In this document: positions 9,549 to 19,848 of the stretch, one piece after another
Numbering within the stretch: the first letter of the stretch is position 1
Layout of the letters: every line of letters begins with the position of its first letter
Assembly (NCBI GenBank): GCA_037481815.1
Contig: JBBFKX010000001.1
Span: forward strand, 544,001 to 608,000
Direction: 5' to 3'
DNA length: 64,000 nt
Source of the DNA: a candidate division WOR-3 bacterium
GTDB taxonomy: Bacteria; Hydrothermota; 32-111
Made by a program: the position numbers and the translations under genes
The notes under the pieces: generated by a model
The model's database searches: none
Told to the model about the DNA's origin: nothing
The model's input: the letters and a program-made list of their open reading frames with translations, nothing else

Positions 9549-12500
9549 TTATTCTAAAGGTTCTTTTCTCTCGTTACGTTCGTTTTTCAGATCTTCCTCT
9601 TTTCCTAAAATAACATCAAGACACAATCCGTTCATCTCTTTTACAAGGACATTGAACGCTGCAGGTAGTCCTGGTTCTGGTGGATTTTTTCCTTTTACTA
9701 TGGATTCGTATAGATCGGTTCTTCCTTTGACATCATCTGATTTGACTGTCAACATCTCTTGTAGTGTGTATGCGGCTCCATATGCTTCAAGAGCCCACAC
9801 CTCCATTTCACCGAACCTCTGACCTCCAAACTGTGCTTTTCCTCCAAGGGGTTGCTGGCTGATTAACGAATAAGGACCAGTAGCTCTTGCATGTATTTTA
9901 TCTTCAACCATATGAGAAAGTTTCAACATGTACATGTTTCCAACCGTAACGGGCTCATCAAACGGCTCACCTGTTTTTCCATCATACAAAACCATTTTTC
10001 CAGTTGGATTTCCAACCTCACTTAAAAGTTTTTTTATTTCATCGATTGTTGCACCTTCAAAAACGGGTGAGGAATATTTTTCACCTTTTTTGTATCCTAC
10101 ATAACCGAGTAAAGTTTCAAGCACCTGTCCGATATTCATTCTGCTTGACACTCCAAGTGGATTTAAAACTATATCTATCGGTGTTCCATCAGCCATGTAT
10201 GGCATATCTTCAACAGGCACTATTTTGGCTATCACACCCTTGTTACCATGTCTTCCTGCAAGTTTATCCCCAACCTGTATGTTTCTTTTCTGTGCGATAA
10301 ACACTTTGACAACCTTTAAAACACCGTTTGGTAACTCATCCCCATGTAATTGATCTATCGAGTCCTCTCCGATCCTATTTTTTATTTTGTTTATTGCATT
10401 ACTTGCATCCCTAATTATTTTGTTAACTTTTTTATAATCATCAGGTAGAACTTCCTTATCGAATATTATCTTTGAGAAATCAAGTTTTTTGATCATCTCA
10501 GGAGTTATTCTGGTACCTTTTCTAACAACAACTTTACCATAAATATCTTTTAAAGATTCATTCAATTTTTTATCAACGAGAAGTTCTTTTAAGTACTCAT
10601 TTCTTTTCTTTATAATTCTTTTAATCTTTTCTTCAACTTCTTTTATCAGTTGTTTTTCAACCATCTCTTTCTTTTTGCTTTCTCTTGAAAGAACTCTAAC
10701 ATCAACGACAACTCCACTGATTCCTGGTGGAACTTTGAGTGAAGTGTCTCTAACATCACTCGCCTTTTCTCCAAATATCGCTCTTAAAAGTTTTTCTTCG
10801 GGAGTGAGTTCAATTTCTCCTTTTGGAGTAACTTTACCGACAAGGATATCTCCAGGTTGTACTTTTGAACCTATCATTATTATTCCATTGGCATCAAGGT
10901 TTGCAACAGCATCTTCGCTTACACTTGGAAGTTCTCTTGTGAACTCTTCTGGTCCAAGTTTTGTTTCCCTTAAAACGATTTCAAGTTCTTTTATGTGTAT
11001 CGAAGTGAAAGCATCTTCGGTTAACAACCTTTCAGAAACAACAATGGCATCCTCAAAATTGTAACCATACCATGGCAAAAACGCTACAAGAACATTCTGT
11101 CCCAAAGCGAGTTCGCCTTTCTCACATGAATGTCCATCAGCGAGTATATCTCCCGCCTTTACTTTCTGACCAACATTTACAAGTGGTCTTTGAATTATCG
11201 TTGTGTCCTGGTTGGTTCTTTCAAAATTTTTCAACCTGTATATATCATATCCAGCTTCCTCATCGAAAATATTTTCTGTTGTTCTGTTATCAAGTTTAAT
11301 TTTTATATAGTCAGCGGTTACCTCTTCAACAACCCCATCATTTTTTGCTATAACTAAAGCACCGGAATCGATCGCAATCTGTTTTTCAACTCCAGTTCCC
11401 ACTATCGGTGAAGATGGTTTCAACAAAGGAACCGCCTGTCTTTGCATGTTTGATCCCATCAACGCTCTGTTCGCATCATCATGCTCTAAAAATGGTATGA
11501 GCGATGTTGAAGGACTTACTATCTGTTTTGGAGAAACATCTATATAGTCAACCTCTTCAGCCGGTACAAGAGGATACTCACCTTTTTTTCTACAAAGAAC
11601 CATTTTGTTTTTAAATGTCCCGTCTTCATTCAAAGGTGAGTTCGCCTGTGCTATAAAATATTTATCTTCTTGATCAGCTGTTAAATATTCAACGGTGTTC
11701 GTTACTTTACCTTTTACAACCTTTCTATAAGGTGTCTCAATAAATCCATACTCATTGATTCTTGCATAAGTTGAAAGTGAAGTGATAAGTCCTATGTTCT
11801 GCCCTTCAGGTGTTTCGATAGGACAGATTCTACCATAATGTGAATGGTGGACATCACGAACCTCAAATCCAGCAGTTTCTCTTGTTAAACCACCTGGACC
11901 TAACGCTGAGATCCTTCTTTTATGTGTCAGTTCAGCAAGTGGGTTTGTTTGTTCCAAGAATTGTGATAACTGACTTGTTGAGAAGAATGAAAGAATCGTT
12001 GAAGATACAAGTCTTGCATTTATAAGTTCTTTTGGTGTAACCTGTTCCTTCATCATCATTCTTTCCCTGATATTTTTAGCCATCTTTGCAAATGCCTGTT
12101 CGAATTGGTTTTCGAGTAGTTCCCCAACCCTTCTTATCCTTCTACTTCCAAGATGATCTATATCATCAAATTCAAACTGGTTTTTCTGATCAACAGCATA
12201 AAGTAATTTTTTGATCGAATGTATCAGATCCTCTTTTGTAAGAGCAAAATTGTTGGGATCAATTTTATGTTCCAATTTTTCATTCAATTTCAATCTTCCA
12301 ACTTTTCCTAGTTCATACCTTTCAACAGTAAAAAATGCTGCTTCAAAAAATTTCTGTGCGATTTCCGTTGTCGCTGGATTTGTACCTTTTAGATAAAAGA
12401 AGATTTTTTCAAGGGCATCTTCCATTCCCGTTGTTGGATCCTTTTTAAGAGTATTCAAAACAACGTTTAACGCTGTTTCATTTTCAGTTTTTACAACTTT

Positions 12501-13346
12501 TATTTTGGAAATTTCTCTATCAAGTAACGAATTCAGAACTGCTGGAGTGATAACGGTTCCAGCTTCAAAAAGAACTTCACCCGTTTTCTTATCGATTATA
12601 TTTGAAAACAAAATTTTCGAATTGAATTCCTGCCCAAAATTTTTTACATCTTTTTCTGTAAAAGACAATTCTTCTTTTGAAAATAATAGACCAAAAATCT
12701 TTTCAACACTATCATAACCAAACGCTTTTAAAAGAATCGTCGCAGGAAACTTTTTCTTTCGATCAAGGTTTGCATACATTATCTCATTTGTATCAACATT
12801 GAATTCAAGCCAGGACCCTTTGTTTGGTAATATCTGCGCTGTATAATAATATTTCCCACCCTCCATCTCATCCATGGTAAAAAATATTCCAGGTGATCTA
12901 TGAATCTGACTCACAACGACCCTTTCAATACCGTTTATCAAAAAAGTGCCGTTTTCTCCCATCAATGGAATACTACACAAAAATACATCCTGTTCGATAA
13001 CATCCTTAATGGTTCCGGTTGGTTCACCGGTTTTTTCGTTGAAGTTTTTATATATCATTTTCAATGTAACTTTCAAAGGTGCAGCATATGTTAACCCTTT
13101 ATATTTGCATTCTTCAAAAGAATATATCGGTTCTTCGAGTTCATATTTTACAAAATCCAAACTGAACCTTGAATTCGTATCATCTATTGGGAACGCATCT
13201 TTAAGGACCTTTTGTAATCCCTGATACTTTCTCTTATCAGCAGGAACATCTGCCTGTAAAAATTGTTCAAAAGATTCCTTTTGTATCGTCAACAGATATG
13301 GTAATTTCACATTTGAATTAAACTTTGCAAAAGATATTCTTTTCAT
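9549..13346 (-). CDS. rpoB: RNA polymerase beta subunit
   Basis: [31 protein letters not shown]. Confidence 0.99.
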   Translation of the reverse strand: MKRISFAKFNSNVKLPYLLTIQKESFEQFLQADVPADKRKYQGLQKVLKDAFPIDDTNSRFSLDFVKYELEEPIYSFEECKYKGLTYAAPLKVTLKMIYKNFNEKTGEPTGTIKDVIEQDVFLCSIPLMGENGTFLINGIERVVVSQIHRSPGIFFTMDEMEGGKYYYTAQILPNKGSWLEFNVDTNEIMYANLDRKKKFPATILLKAFGYDSVEKIFGLLFSKEELSFTEKDVKNFGQEFNSKILFSNIIDKKTGEVLFEAGTVITPAVLNSLLDREISKIKVVKTENETALNVVLNTLKKDPTTGMEDALEKIFFYLKGTNPATTEIAQKFFEAAFFTVERYELGKVGRLKLNEKLEHKIDPNNFALTKEDLIHSIKKLLYAVDQKNQFEFDDIDHLGSRRIRRVGELLENQFEQAFAKMAKNIRERMMMKEQVTPKELINARLVSSTILSFFSTSQLSQFLEQTNPLAELTHKRRISALGPGGLTRETAGFEVRDVHHSHYGRICPIETPEGQNIGLITSLSTYARINEYGFIETPYRKVVKGKVTNTVEYLTADQEDKYFIAQANSPLNEDGTFKNKMVLCRKKGEYPLVPAEEVDYIDVSPKQIVSPSTSLIPFLEHDDANRALMGSNMQRQAVPLLKPSSPIVGTGVEKQIAIDSGALVIAKNDGVVEEVTADYIKIKLDNRTTENIFDEEAGYDIYRLKNFERTNQDTTIIQRPLVNVGQKVKAGDILADGHSCEKGELALGQNVLVAFLPWYGYNFEDAIVVSERLLTEDAFTSIHIKELEIVLRETKLGPEEFTRELPSVSEDAVANLDANGIIMIGSKVQPGDILVGKVTPKGEIELTPEEKLLRAIFGEKASDVRDTSLKVPPGISGVVVDVRVLSRESKKKEMVEKQLIKEVEEKIKRIIKKRNEYLKELLVDKKLNESLKDIYGKVVVRKGTRITPEMIKKLDFSKIIFDKEVLPDDYKKVNKIIRDASNAINKIKNRIGEDSIDQLHGDELPNGVLKVVKVFIAQKRNIQVGDKLAGRHGNKGVIAKIVPVEDMPYMADGTPIDIVLNPLGVSSRMNIGQVLETLLGYVGYKKGEKYSSPVFEGATIDEIKKLLSEVGNPTGKMVLYDGKTGEPFDEPVTVGNMYMLKLSHMVEDKIHARATGPYSLISQQPLGGKAQFGGQRFGEMEVWALEAYGAAYTLQEMLTVKSDDVKGRTDLYESIVKGKNPPEPGLPAAFNVLVKEMNGLCLDVILGKEEDLKNERNERKEPLE

Positions 13347-13351
13347 TTAAC

Positions 13352-13398
13352 CACAACTCCTTTTTTGTTGTGAAGGAGGGGTTAAAAACCCCCTCCTT
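13352..13398 (-). promoter_or_regulatory. tandem hairpins in the rplL-rpoB spacer (attenuator or processing-like)
   Basis: AAGGAGGGG/CCCCTCCTT 9-bp stem at 13373-13398; CACAAC/GTTGTG stem at 13352-13372 enclosing the rpoB SD. Confidence 0.5.
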
Positions 13399-13407
13399 TA
13401 AAAAGTT

Positions 13408-13788
13408 TTACTTCAACTCTACAACTGCTCCTGCCTGTTCAAGTTGTTCTTTTATCTTTTCAGCTTCCTCCATTGGAACATTTTTCTTTATCTCTTTTGG
13501 TGCAGCATCAACTATTTCTTTTGCCTCTTTGAGTTCTATGTTGAGAATCGCTTTAACAACCTTTATCACCTGGAGTTTCGATTGTCCTGCTGAATGTAAA
13601 ACTACTGTTGCTGTTGTTTTTTCAGCTTCTGCTGCCTGCTGTCCACCACCCTGTGCTACCTGAGCAACTGCAACTGGAGCTGCTGCTGTAACCCCAAATT
13701 TTTCCTTTAATGCTTCAACTAGTTCTGCAAGTTCAAGAACCGTCATCTTCTCGATCATCTCTATGATTTTTTCTTTATTTTCAGACAT
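13408..13788 (-). CDS. rplL: 50S ribosomal protein L7/L12
   Basis: [23 protein letters not shown] hinge, [10 protein letters not shown]. Confidence 0.98.
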   Translation of the reverse strand: MSENKEKIIEMIEKMTVLELAELVEALKEKFGVTAAAPVAVAQVAQGGGQQAAEAEKTTATVVLHSAGQSKLQVIKVVKAILNIELKEAKEIVDAAPKEIKKNVPMEEAEKIKEQLEQAGAVVELK

Positions 13789-13797
13789 TTTTCCTCC

Positions 13798-14337
13798 TTA
13801 CTGATTATTCTCTTTTTTTTGTTTGATAGCTTCAACCGTATAAACGAACTCACTGATGATGCCGTTTAGAGTCCAGACAAAATTGTAGATGGGTGCCTGG
13901 ATTGAACCGACAAGATTGGAAAGCAATTCCTCTTTTGATGGAATCTCCGCAAGTTTGTCAACCGCTTTTTGATCGAAAAATTTCCCATCAACAATTGCCA
14001 TCTTCGCTTTCGGATTTTTATATTTTTTGAAAAACTCTTTTATCGTCTTAGCAGGTGTGACTGGATCTCCATATGAGAAAGCAACAGATGTGTTTCCTTT
14101 TAGAGCAATATCGATGTTTTCCTGTGGGAAGACCTCTTTGAAAGCAAAATAGAGTGTACTGTTTTTTATCACTTTGTACTCTATTTTGTCTTTATCAAAA
14201 GTTCTTCTCAACTCGTTTACCTGTTCAACAGTCATACCTTTAAAATCCGAAAGATAGACCCCTTTTGCATCTTTCAGTTTTTGAGCAATCGTTTTTACGG
14301 TTTCCTTTTTGAGTTCTAATTTTTTAGGATTGCCCAT
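13798..14337 (-). CDS. rplJ: 50S ribosomal protein L10
   Basis: DFKGMTVEQVNELRR, LAEIPSKEELL; position between rplA and rplL. Confidence 0.96.
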   Translation of the reverse strand: MGNPKKLELKKETVKTIAQKLKDAKGVYLSDFKGMTVEQVNELRRTFDKDKIEYKVIKNSTLYFAFKEVFPQENIDIALKGNTSVAFSYGDPVTPAKTIKEFFKKYKNPKAKMAIVDGKFFDQKAVDKLAEIPSKEELLSNLVGSIQAPIYNFVWTLNGIISEFVYTVEAIKQKKENNQ

Positions 14338-14346
14338 TTTTACTCC

Positions 14347-15045
14347 TTACTTGATTGAATTTATTTCCCCTGTATCGAGAGGAACTCCTACACCCATGGT
14401 TGTCGACAATGTGACACTTTTGAAATAAGTGCCTTTGGCTGACTGAGGTTTTGCGCGTTTTATCTCAGTCAGGAGATGGATTATATTTTCTTTTAACTGT
14501 TCCTTACTGAAAGAAATTTTTCCAACGATCGTATGAAGGTTTGCATTTTTATCGATCTTATATTGAACTCTTCCCTTTTTTGCCTCAGTAACAACCTTTG
14601 AGATATCGTTTGTTACAGTTCCAACCTTTGGATTTGGCATTAAACCTTTTACTCCAAGGATCTTTCCAAGTTTTCCGATCTTTTTCATAAGATCTGGTGT
14701 TGAAATAACAAGATCAAAATCCATAAATCCGTTGGAAATTTTTTCGATGAGATCATCTTCTCCAACATAATCAGCTCCTGCTTCAACCGCTTCTTTTGCT
14801 TTATCTCCGTTAGCAAAAACAAGTACTTTAACTTTTTTGCCTGTTCCATGAGGAAGAGTTGTAGCACCTCTAACCATCTGATCCGATTTCTTTGGATCAA
14901 CCCCAAGAAGTATGGCAAGTTCAACAGTTTCATCAAATTTTGCTTTTTTACTGCTTTTCAAGATATCTATAGCTTCATCTATAGAATACCTTTTCGTTTT
15001 ATCAACAAGTTTTTTGTTTTCAATGACTCTCTTTCCTCTTTTCAT
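14347..15045 (-). CDS. rplA: 50S ribosomal protein L1
   Basis: AKFDETVE, LPHGTGK, GLMPNPKVGTVT. Confidence 0.98.
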   Translation of the reverse strand: MKRGKRVIENKKLVDKTKRYSIDEAIDILKSSKKAKFDETVELAILLGVDPKKSDQMVRGATTLPHGTGKKVKVLVFANGDKAKEAVEAGADYVGEDDLIEKISNGFMDFDLVISTPDLMKKIGKLGKILGVKGLMPNPKVGTVTNDISKVVTEAKKGRVQYKIDKNANLHTIVGKISFSKEQLKENIIHLLTEIKRAKPQSAKGTYFKSVTLSTTMGVGVPLDTGEINSIK

Positions 15046-15470
15046 CATTCCTCCACTGTGATGCCCATACTACGAGCTGTTCCTTTGATCATTTTTATTG
15101 CACCTTCAAGATCTTTCGCATTAAGATCTGGCATTTTCAACTCAGCAATTTTTTTCACATCCTCAAGTTTAACCTTTCCAACCTTCTGTTTGTTTGGAAC
15201 ACCTGAACCTTTTTCAAGTCCAGCCGCTTTCAAAAGAAGAACAGAAGCTGGAGGGGTCTTAGTGATAAATGTGAAAGATTTATCCTGATAAACAGTTACA
15301 ACAACTGGAATTATCAAACCTTTCTGCTTTTCTGTTTTTGCATTGAAATTTTTACAGAACTGCATCAGGTTTATTCCATGTTGTCCAAGTATAGGTCCAA
15401 CCGGTGGTGCTGGAGTTGCGGCTCCTCCGGGAACCTGTAATTTTACGATAGCAACTACTTTTTTTGCCAT
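15045..15470 (-). CDS. rplK: 50S ribosomal protein L11
   Basis: [23 protein letters not shown]. Confidence 0.99.
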   Translation of the reverse strand: MAKKVVAIVKLQVPGGAATPAPPVGPILGQHGINLMQFCKNFNAKTEKQKGLIIPVVVTVYQDKSFTFITKTPPASVLLLKAAGLEKGSGVPNKQKVGKVKLEDVKKIAELKMPDLNAKDLEGAIKMIKGTARSMGITVEE

Positions 15471-15487
15471 TTATCTCCCCCTTGCTT

Positions 15488-16021
15488 TTATTTGCCTATC
15501 AATTCGGCCTGTGTGAATGATAGTTCAACAGGTGTTGATCTACCAAAAATTGTTACTGTTACCTTCATCTTTTCTTTATCCTTATCTATTTCTTCAACTA
15601 CACCATTAAAATCCCTAAAAGGACCCGAAATTATCTTCACATTATCACCTATTCTGAAAGGAATTTCGAGAACCTCTCTAACATTATCCTTGTTGTTCAA
15701 AAGTTCATCTATTTTTTTTGCATCCTCTGTTTTCAACTTTACAGGTTTCTTTCTTCCTGATATGAATGTTGTCTGTGCACATATCTGTGTTAAAAACTGG
15801 ATCATCTCTTTTGAATCCTCCATATGGATAAAAACATATCCAGGGAACAGATTTTTTTCAAGAACCACTTTTTTACTTTTTCTGATCCTGACAACATTTT
15901 CAACAGGTATGAAAATCTGATCAACTTTATCCTGAAGATCTTTTATTTTCAACTCTTCTTCAATCAACTTTTTCGCTCTTTTTTCATACCCAGTATAAAC
16001 TTGCAACATAAACCAATCCAT
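15488..16021 (-). CDS. nusG: transcription elongation factor NusG
   Basis: NLFPGYVFI, KOW domain GPFRDFNG, IFGRSTPVEL. Confidence 0.97.
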   Translation of the reverse strand: MDWFMLQVYTGYEKRAKKLIEEELKIKDLQDKVDQIFIPVENVVRIRKSKKVVLEKNLFPGYVFIHMEDSKEMIQFLTQICAQTTFISGRKKPVKLKTEDAKKIDELLNNKDNVREVLEIPFRIGDNVKIISGPFRDFNGVVEEIDKDKEKMKVTVTIFGRSTPVELSFTQAELIGK

Positions 16022-16023
16022 AA

Positions 16024-16215
16024 TTACCTCGTAAATAGACTAAAAATTTTCGAAATAAGAAGATCAAATCCTCCTACAACAAAACCTAAAACGATTGAAA
16101 CAACTATAACAACAAGTGTTGATCCCCAGAGAGATTTTGAATCAGGTAAAACAACCTTTTTCAACTCGATTTTAACTTCTCTGAGATACTCAATAAAATT
16201 TTTCCACCATTTCAT
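16024..16215 (-). CDS. secE: preprotein translocase SecE
   Basis: EVKIELKKVVLP plus one TM helix; directly upstream of nusG. Confidence 0.93.
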   Translation of the reverse strand: MKWWKNFIEYLREVKIELKKVVLPDSKSLWGSTLVVIVVSIVLGFVVGGFDLLISKIFSLFTR

Positions 16216-16231
16216 AAATTCTCCTTTTATT

Positions 16232-16305
16232 CAGGGCAGGAGGGACTCGAACCCCCAACATTCGGTTTTGGAGACCGACGCTCTACCAATTGGAGCTACT
16301 GCCCT
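16232..16305 (-). tRNA. tRNA-Trp (CCA)
   Basis: AGGGCAG acceptor stem, TCGGT-CTCCAAA-ACCGA anticodon arm, GGTTCGAGTCC T arm. Confidence 0.96.
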
Positions 16306-16311
16306 AAACAT

Positions 16312-16461
16312 TTATTTTGCCTCTTTATGAAGCGTATGTTTTCTACAAAATTTACAATACTTTTTTAGTTCAAGTTTATCTGTCTGTTTTTTCTTATTCT
16401 TTGTTGTCATATAGTTTTTTCTTTTACATTCTGAACAAACCATTGTTATTATCTCTCTCAT
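16312..16461 (-). CDS. rpmG: 50S ribosomal protein L33 (zinc-ribbon form); not in the ORF track
   Basis: Translated by hand: [49 protein letters not shown]. Confidence 0.97.
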   Translation of the reverse strand: MREIITMVCSECKRKNYMTTKNKKKQTDKLELKKYCKFCRKHTLHKEAK

Positions 16462-16471
16462 CTTTTCCTCT

Positions 16472-17671
16472 TTATTCTAATATTTCAGTTACAACACCGG
16501 CACCAACAGTTCTTCCACCCTCTCTTATAGCAAACCTTAACTCCTTCTCCATCGCTATCGGTGTTATCAATTCAACTATAAACTCTGTGTTCTCCCCTGG
16601 CTTCACAAACTCCTGTCCAGGTGCCAACTCTATCGACCCTGTAACATCTGTAGTCCTGAAGAAAAATTGCGGCCTGTATCCACTCTTGAACGATGTACTC
16701 CTTCCACCTTCCTCTTTCGTCAACACATACACCTGACATTTAAACTTCTTGTGTGGTGTAACCGTCCCTGGCTTCGCCAACACCATACCCCTCTCTACTT
16801 CATCCTTATCTATACCCCTCAACAAAACTCCCACATTGTCCCCCGCCTCAGCATAATCCAGTATCTTCTTAAACATCTCCAACGATGTAGCCACCGTCTT
16901 CTTGTGTGCACCCAATCCTATTATCTCCACTTCATCTCCTGCCTTTATCTGCCCTCTCTCCACTCTTCCAGTAGCCACAGTACCCCTTCCAGTTATACTG
17001 AATACATCCTCTATACTCATCAAAAATGGCTTATCCTTCTCTCTCACTGGATCTGGAAAATAATTGTCCACCGCATCCATTAATTCCAATATACATTTAT
17101 ACTCAGGTGCATTTATGTCCTGACTAGTACTCTCCAACGCCTTCAACGCACTTCCCCTGATCACAGGTATCTCATCACCCGGAAACTTGTTCGCCTTCAA
17201 TGTGTCCCTTATGTCCATCTCCACTACATCCAATATCTCCGGATCATCCACCATATCAACCTTGTTCATAAACACTACTATACTCGGAACATTAACCTGC
17301 CTCGCCAACAATATATGCTCCCTCGTCTGGGGCATCGTTCCATCATTCGCACTCACCACCAATATAGCCCCATCCATCTGTGCAGCCCCCGTTATCATGT
17401 TCTTTATATAGTCAGCATGCCCAGGACAATCAACATGCGCATAATGCCTCTTATCCGTCTGGTACTCTATGTGTGCAACATTTATCGTTATACCCCTAGC
17501 CTTCTCCTCCGGTGCCTTATCTATCTGATCGTACGCTGTAAACTCAGCATACTTCTTCAAAGATAACACCTTCGTGATCGCAGCTGTCAACGTCGTCTTA
17601 CCATGATCCACATGCCCGATCGTCCCTATGTTCATATGAATCTTCGTCCTTTCAAATTTCTCCTTCGCCAT
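16472..17671 (-). CDS. tuf: Elongation factor Tu (tRNA-cluster copy, tufB-like)
   Basis: [21 protein letters not shown]. Confidence 0.99.
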   Translation of the reverse strand: MAKEKFERTKIHMNIGTIGHVDHGKTTLTAAITKVLSLKKYAEFTAYDQIDKAPEEKARGITINVAHIEYQTDKRHYAHVDCPGHADYIKNMITGAAQMDGAILVVSANDGTMPQTREHILLARQVNVPSIVVFMNKVDMVDDPEILDVVEMDIRDTLKANKFPGDEIPVIRGSALKALESTSQDINAPEYKCILELMDAVDNYFPDPVREKDKPFLMSIEDVFSITGRGTVATGRVERGQIKAGDEVEIIGLGAHKKTVATSLEMFKKILDYAEAGDNVGVLLRGIDKDEVERGMVLAKPGTVTPHKKFKCQVYVLTKEEGGRSTSFKSGYRPQFFFRTTDVTGSIELAPGQEFVKPGENTEFIVELITPIAMEKELRFAIREGGRTVGAGVVTEILE

Positions 17672-17683
17672 TTAATCCTCCTT
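16472..17683 (-). repeat. ~1.2 kb direct repeat, copy 1 (tuf plus its RBS), matching 39169-40380
   Basis: Identical proteins; one synonymous difference seen by eye (16520 C vs 39217 T). Confidence 0.9.
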
Positions 17684-17688
17684 TTTTA

Positions 17689-17761
17689 AGCCCATGACCA
17701 GGATTGAACTGGTGACCTCATCCTTACCAAGGATGTGCTCTACCAACTGAGCTACATGGGC
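17689..17761 (-). tRNA. tRNA-Thr (GGT)
   Basis: GCCCATG acceptor stem; CATCC-TTGGTAA-GGATG anticodon arm. Confidence 0.96.
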
Positions 17762-17835
17762 ATGTTTTTAGTTTTTTTATCTATATAAAAAAAAACATTC
17801 CTCAAACAGTTCAACCCTTTTGAGGTTTTTAAAAG

Positions 17836-17908
17836 AGCGGGAGACGGGATTCGAACCCGCGACATTCTGCTTGGAAGGCAGAAGCTCTACCAACTGAGCT
17901 ACTCCCGC
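17836..17908 (-). tRNA. tRNA-Gly (TCC)
   Basis: GCGGGAG acceptor stem; TCTGC-CTTCCAA-GCAGA anticodon arm. Confidence 0.96.
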
Positions 17909-17918
17909 GATTTTAGTG

Positions 17919-18001
17919 TGGAGAGAGTAGGATTCGAACCTACGAAGACATCAGCCAGCAGATTTACAGTCTGCCCCCTTTGACCGCTCGGGAATCTCTC
18001 C
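17919..18001 (-). tRNA. tRNA-Tyr (GTA)
   Basis: GGAGAGA acceptor stem; GCAGA-CTGTAAA-TCTGC anticodon arm; long variable arm. Confidence 0.96.
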
Positions 18002-18005
18002 ACAT

Positions 18006-18077
18006 AGCTGGTGGAGGGATTTGAACCCCCGACCAGTGGTTTACAAAACCACTGCTCTACCCCTGAGCTACACCAGC
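18006..18077 (-). tRNA. tRNA-Thr (TGT)
   Basis: GCTGGTG acceptor stem; GTGGT-TTTGTAA-ACCAC anticodon arm. Confidence 0.95.
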
Positions 18078-18096
18078 AAGCTGTCTTGAATTTTTT

Positions 18097-18124
18097 AGTA
18101 TATATTTTTTTTTAAATTTGTCAA
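18097..18124 (-). promoter_or_regulatory. sigma70-type promoter of the tRNA-tuf operon
   Basis: TTGACA-16 nt-TATACT about 20 nt upstream of tRNA-Thr; the -35 overlaps the upstream TGA. Confidence 0.75.
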
Positions 18125-19836
18125 GTATTTATATCATTCTGTTTTATGTATGAGATAAGAGTAAGAGGTTGTGTTTTTTCTTTTAGGTTACCACTCTGGT
18201 AAAGTTTTACACAATCCTCTTTTAAATCACCTTTTAAGATATCTATATTATCGTAAAAATATTTATCAAGAGTTTCCATAAGTATGGGGTTTTTCTTCAT
18301 CCATTTATCCCAAGGATTTTTAGAAGGTCTGTAACCTAAAAGCATCGTCGCTAACTTTTTCTTAGATTTTCTTAAAAAGATCTCAAAACTTGAACCGCTT
18401 ACTTTAGCACCAGCTATATGTTCCCAAGGATAATTTATATTTGGTATCTTTTTCAAAACCCATTTTCTGTATATATAAGCGTTATATTTCAGTGTTGGAT
18501 CTATCTTCATTATGTACTCAAGAGTTGGAGCATACAAAGAAGGTGAAGAAAATTCTGTGAAATGTTCTATATTTCTGAAAGCGTTATACATTCCATTCAC
18601 ACATTTTTCATAGAAAGCGAGTTCTTCCATCGTTTCATATTTTTTAGAAAGTTCTTCCAGTATATGTTCAACTTTCTTGATCAATTTTGAAGAGTAAAAA
18701 ATTCTTTCTATTTTGTCTTTCGATGGTTTTTCATGATAATCATATTTCAAAGAAGTGTAGAGCACTTCATTTCCTGCAACACCTGTGTGAAGTAGACCAT
18801 AATTGGTGAAATTCAACAATGAAAACATTTCATACATGTAAGATGAACCAGAATAGAATATTAGACCATCGTTTGCTTTAACAGGATTTTCAATATCCAT
18901 AAGGTATTTACCATTGTTTAAAGAATAAAACATATAATAATCTAAAAAATCTGAGGCAATTTTTTTAGATATCTTCTCATCAAGATAATCGTTCTCTGAA
19001 AAGCATAAACATAAAACATCTTTATAACCTAAACGATGTGCTGTTAAAAGATTTGTTCTTGAATCAAGCCCACCAGAAAGTGTTGCAACATGCTTGTATC
19101 CATAATCAATATCTTTGTTATATTCTGCCTTTACGGATTCTATAAAGAGATTATCAAGTTCTTCAATGATAACCTTTTCATCTTTTTTCCCAATAGGGTA
19201 AGAAGATATTTTGAAGAAAATGTCTTCTTCAATCATCTCTCCATCAAATTTAAAAATGGTTGCTGGTTTAAGTTTATTTACATTTTTAACAAGGGTTCTC
19301 TCTCCAATCATGTAACCAACAGTTATCAAACAGTATGCTCCATCTTGATCAAGTTCAACCTCATACCCGTTGGATTTCATAACCTCAATCACATATCTTA
19401 AACTGTTTCCAAAAATCAAAAATTTTTCTTTATCATCATAAAAATAGAAAAGTGTTTTTGTTCCATTTTGACATGTAAAAAGATATATTTTGTTTTCCCT
19501 TTTATCATAGATAAAACCTGTATAATTACCGTACACCTTTGACAGAAAAGAATTTTTCGATTCATAAAAAAGTTTTTTCAACAAAGAAAAATTATCATTT
19601 ACAGAATTCTCTTTTCTCAGTTCATTATGATTAAAAAATAAACCCTCAAAACATATAAAAATATCCTCATCTTCAAAAAAAACTTTATCATCTAAAAATT
19701 TGTTCAAACTGTTCTGAAAAATAAATCCTTTTTGAAATTCTTTTCTTCTTTTAACAATGTTAGTTGAAATCAACTCTTCCAATTCAACCTTTTTAAAATT
19801 TTTACCGAATGACCACACTCCCCAAAATCCAGGCAT
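18121..19836 (-). CDS. asparagine synthetase B-like (Ntn + adenylation) protein lacking the catalytic N-terminal Cys
   Basis: N-terminus MPGFWG, GTKTLFY, LSGGLDS PP-loop; next to rfbA. Confidence 0.8.
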   Translation of the reverse strand: MPGFWGVWSFGKNFKKVELEELISTNIVKRRKEFQKGFIFQNSLNKFLDDKVFFEDEDIFICFEGLFFNHNELRKENSVNDNFSLLKKLFYESKNSFLSKVYGNYTGFIYDKRENKIYLFTCQNGTKTLFYFYDDKEKFLIFGNSLRYVIEVMKSNGYEVELDQDGAYCLITVGYMIGERTLVKNVNKLKPATIFKFDGEMIEEDIFFKISSYPIGKKDEKVIIEELDNLFIESVKAEYNKDIDYGYKHVATLSGGLDSRTNLLTAHRLGYKDVLCLCFSENDYLDEKISKKIASDFLDYYMFYSLNNGKYLMDIENPVKANDGLIFYSGSSYMYEMFSLLNFTNYGLLHTGVAGNEVLYTSLKYDYHEKPSKDKIERIFYSSKLIKKVEHILEELSKKYETMEELAFYEKCVNGMYNAFRNIEHFTEFSSPSLYAPTLEYIMKIDPTLKYNAYIYRKWVLKKIPNINYPWEHIAGAKVSGSSFEIFLRKSKKKLATMLLGYRPSKNPWDKWMKKNPILMETLDKYFYDNIDILKGDLKEDCVKLYQSGNLKEKTQPLTLISYIKQNDINT

Positions 19837-19848
19837 TTTGCCTCCTTT

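Noticed and set aside
14685..14936. Alternative-frame minus-strand ORF inside rplA (similarly 52713-52898 inside the M18 peptidase)
   Set aside because: Out-of-frame overlap within a conserved gene, with no supporting features
16667..17566. Plus-strand ORFs repeated at 39364-40263
   Set aside because: They recur only because tuf is duplicated
17690..17761. tRNA-Thr acceptor stem GCCCATG/CATGGGC resembles the two terminator stems
   Set aside because: Only a 6-bp match and no integrase or att-like duplication; probably coincidence
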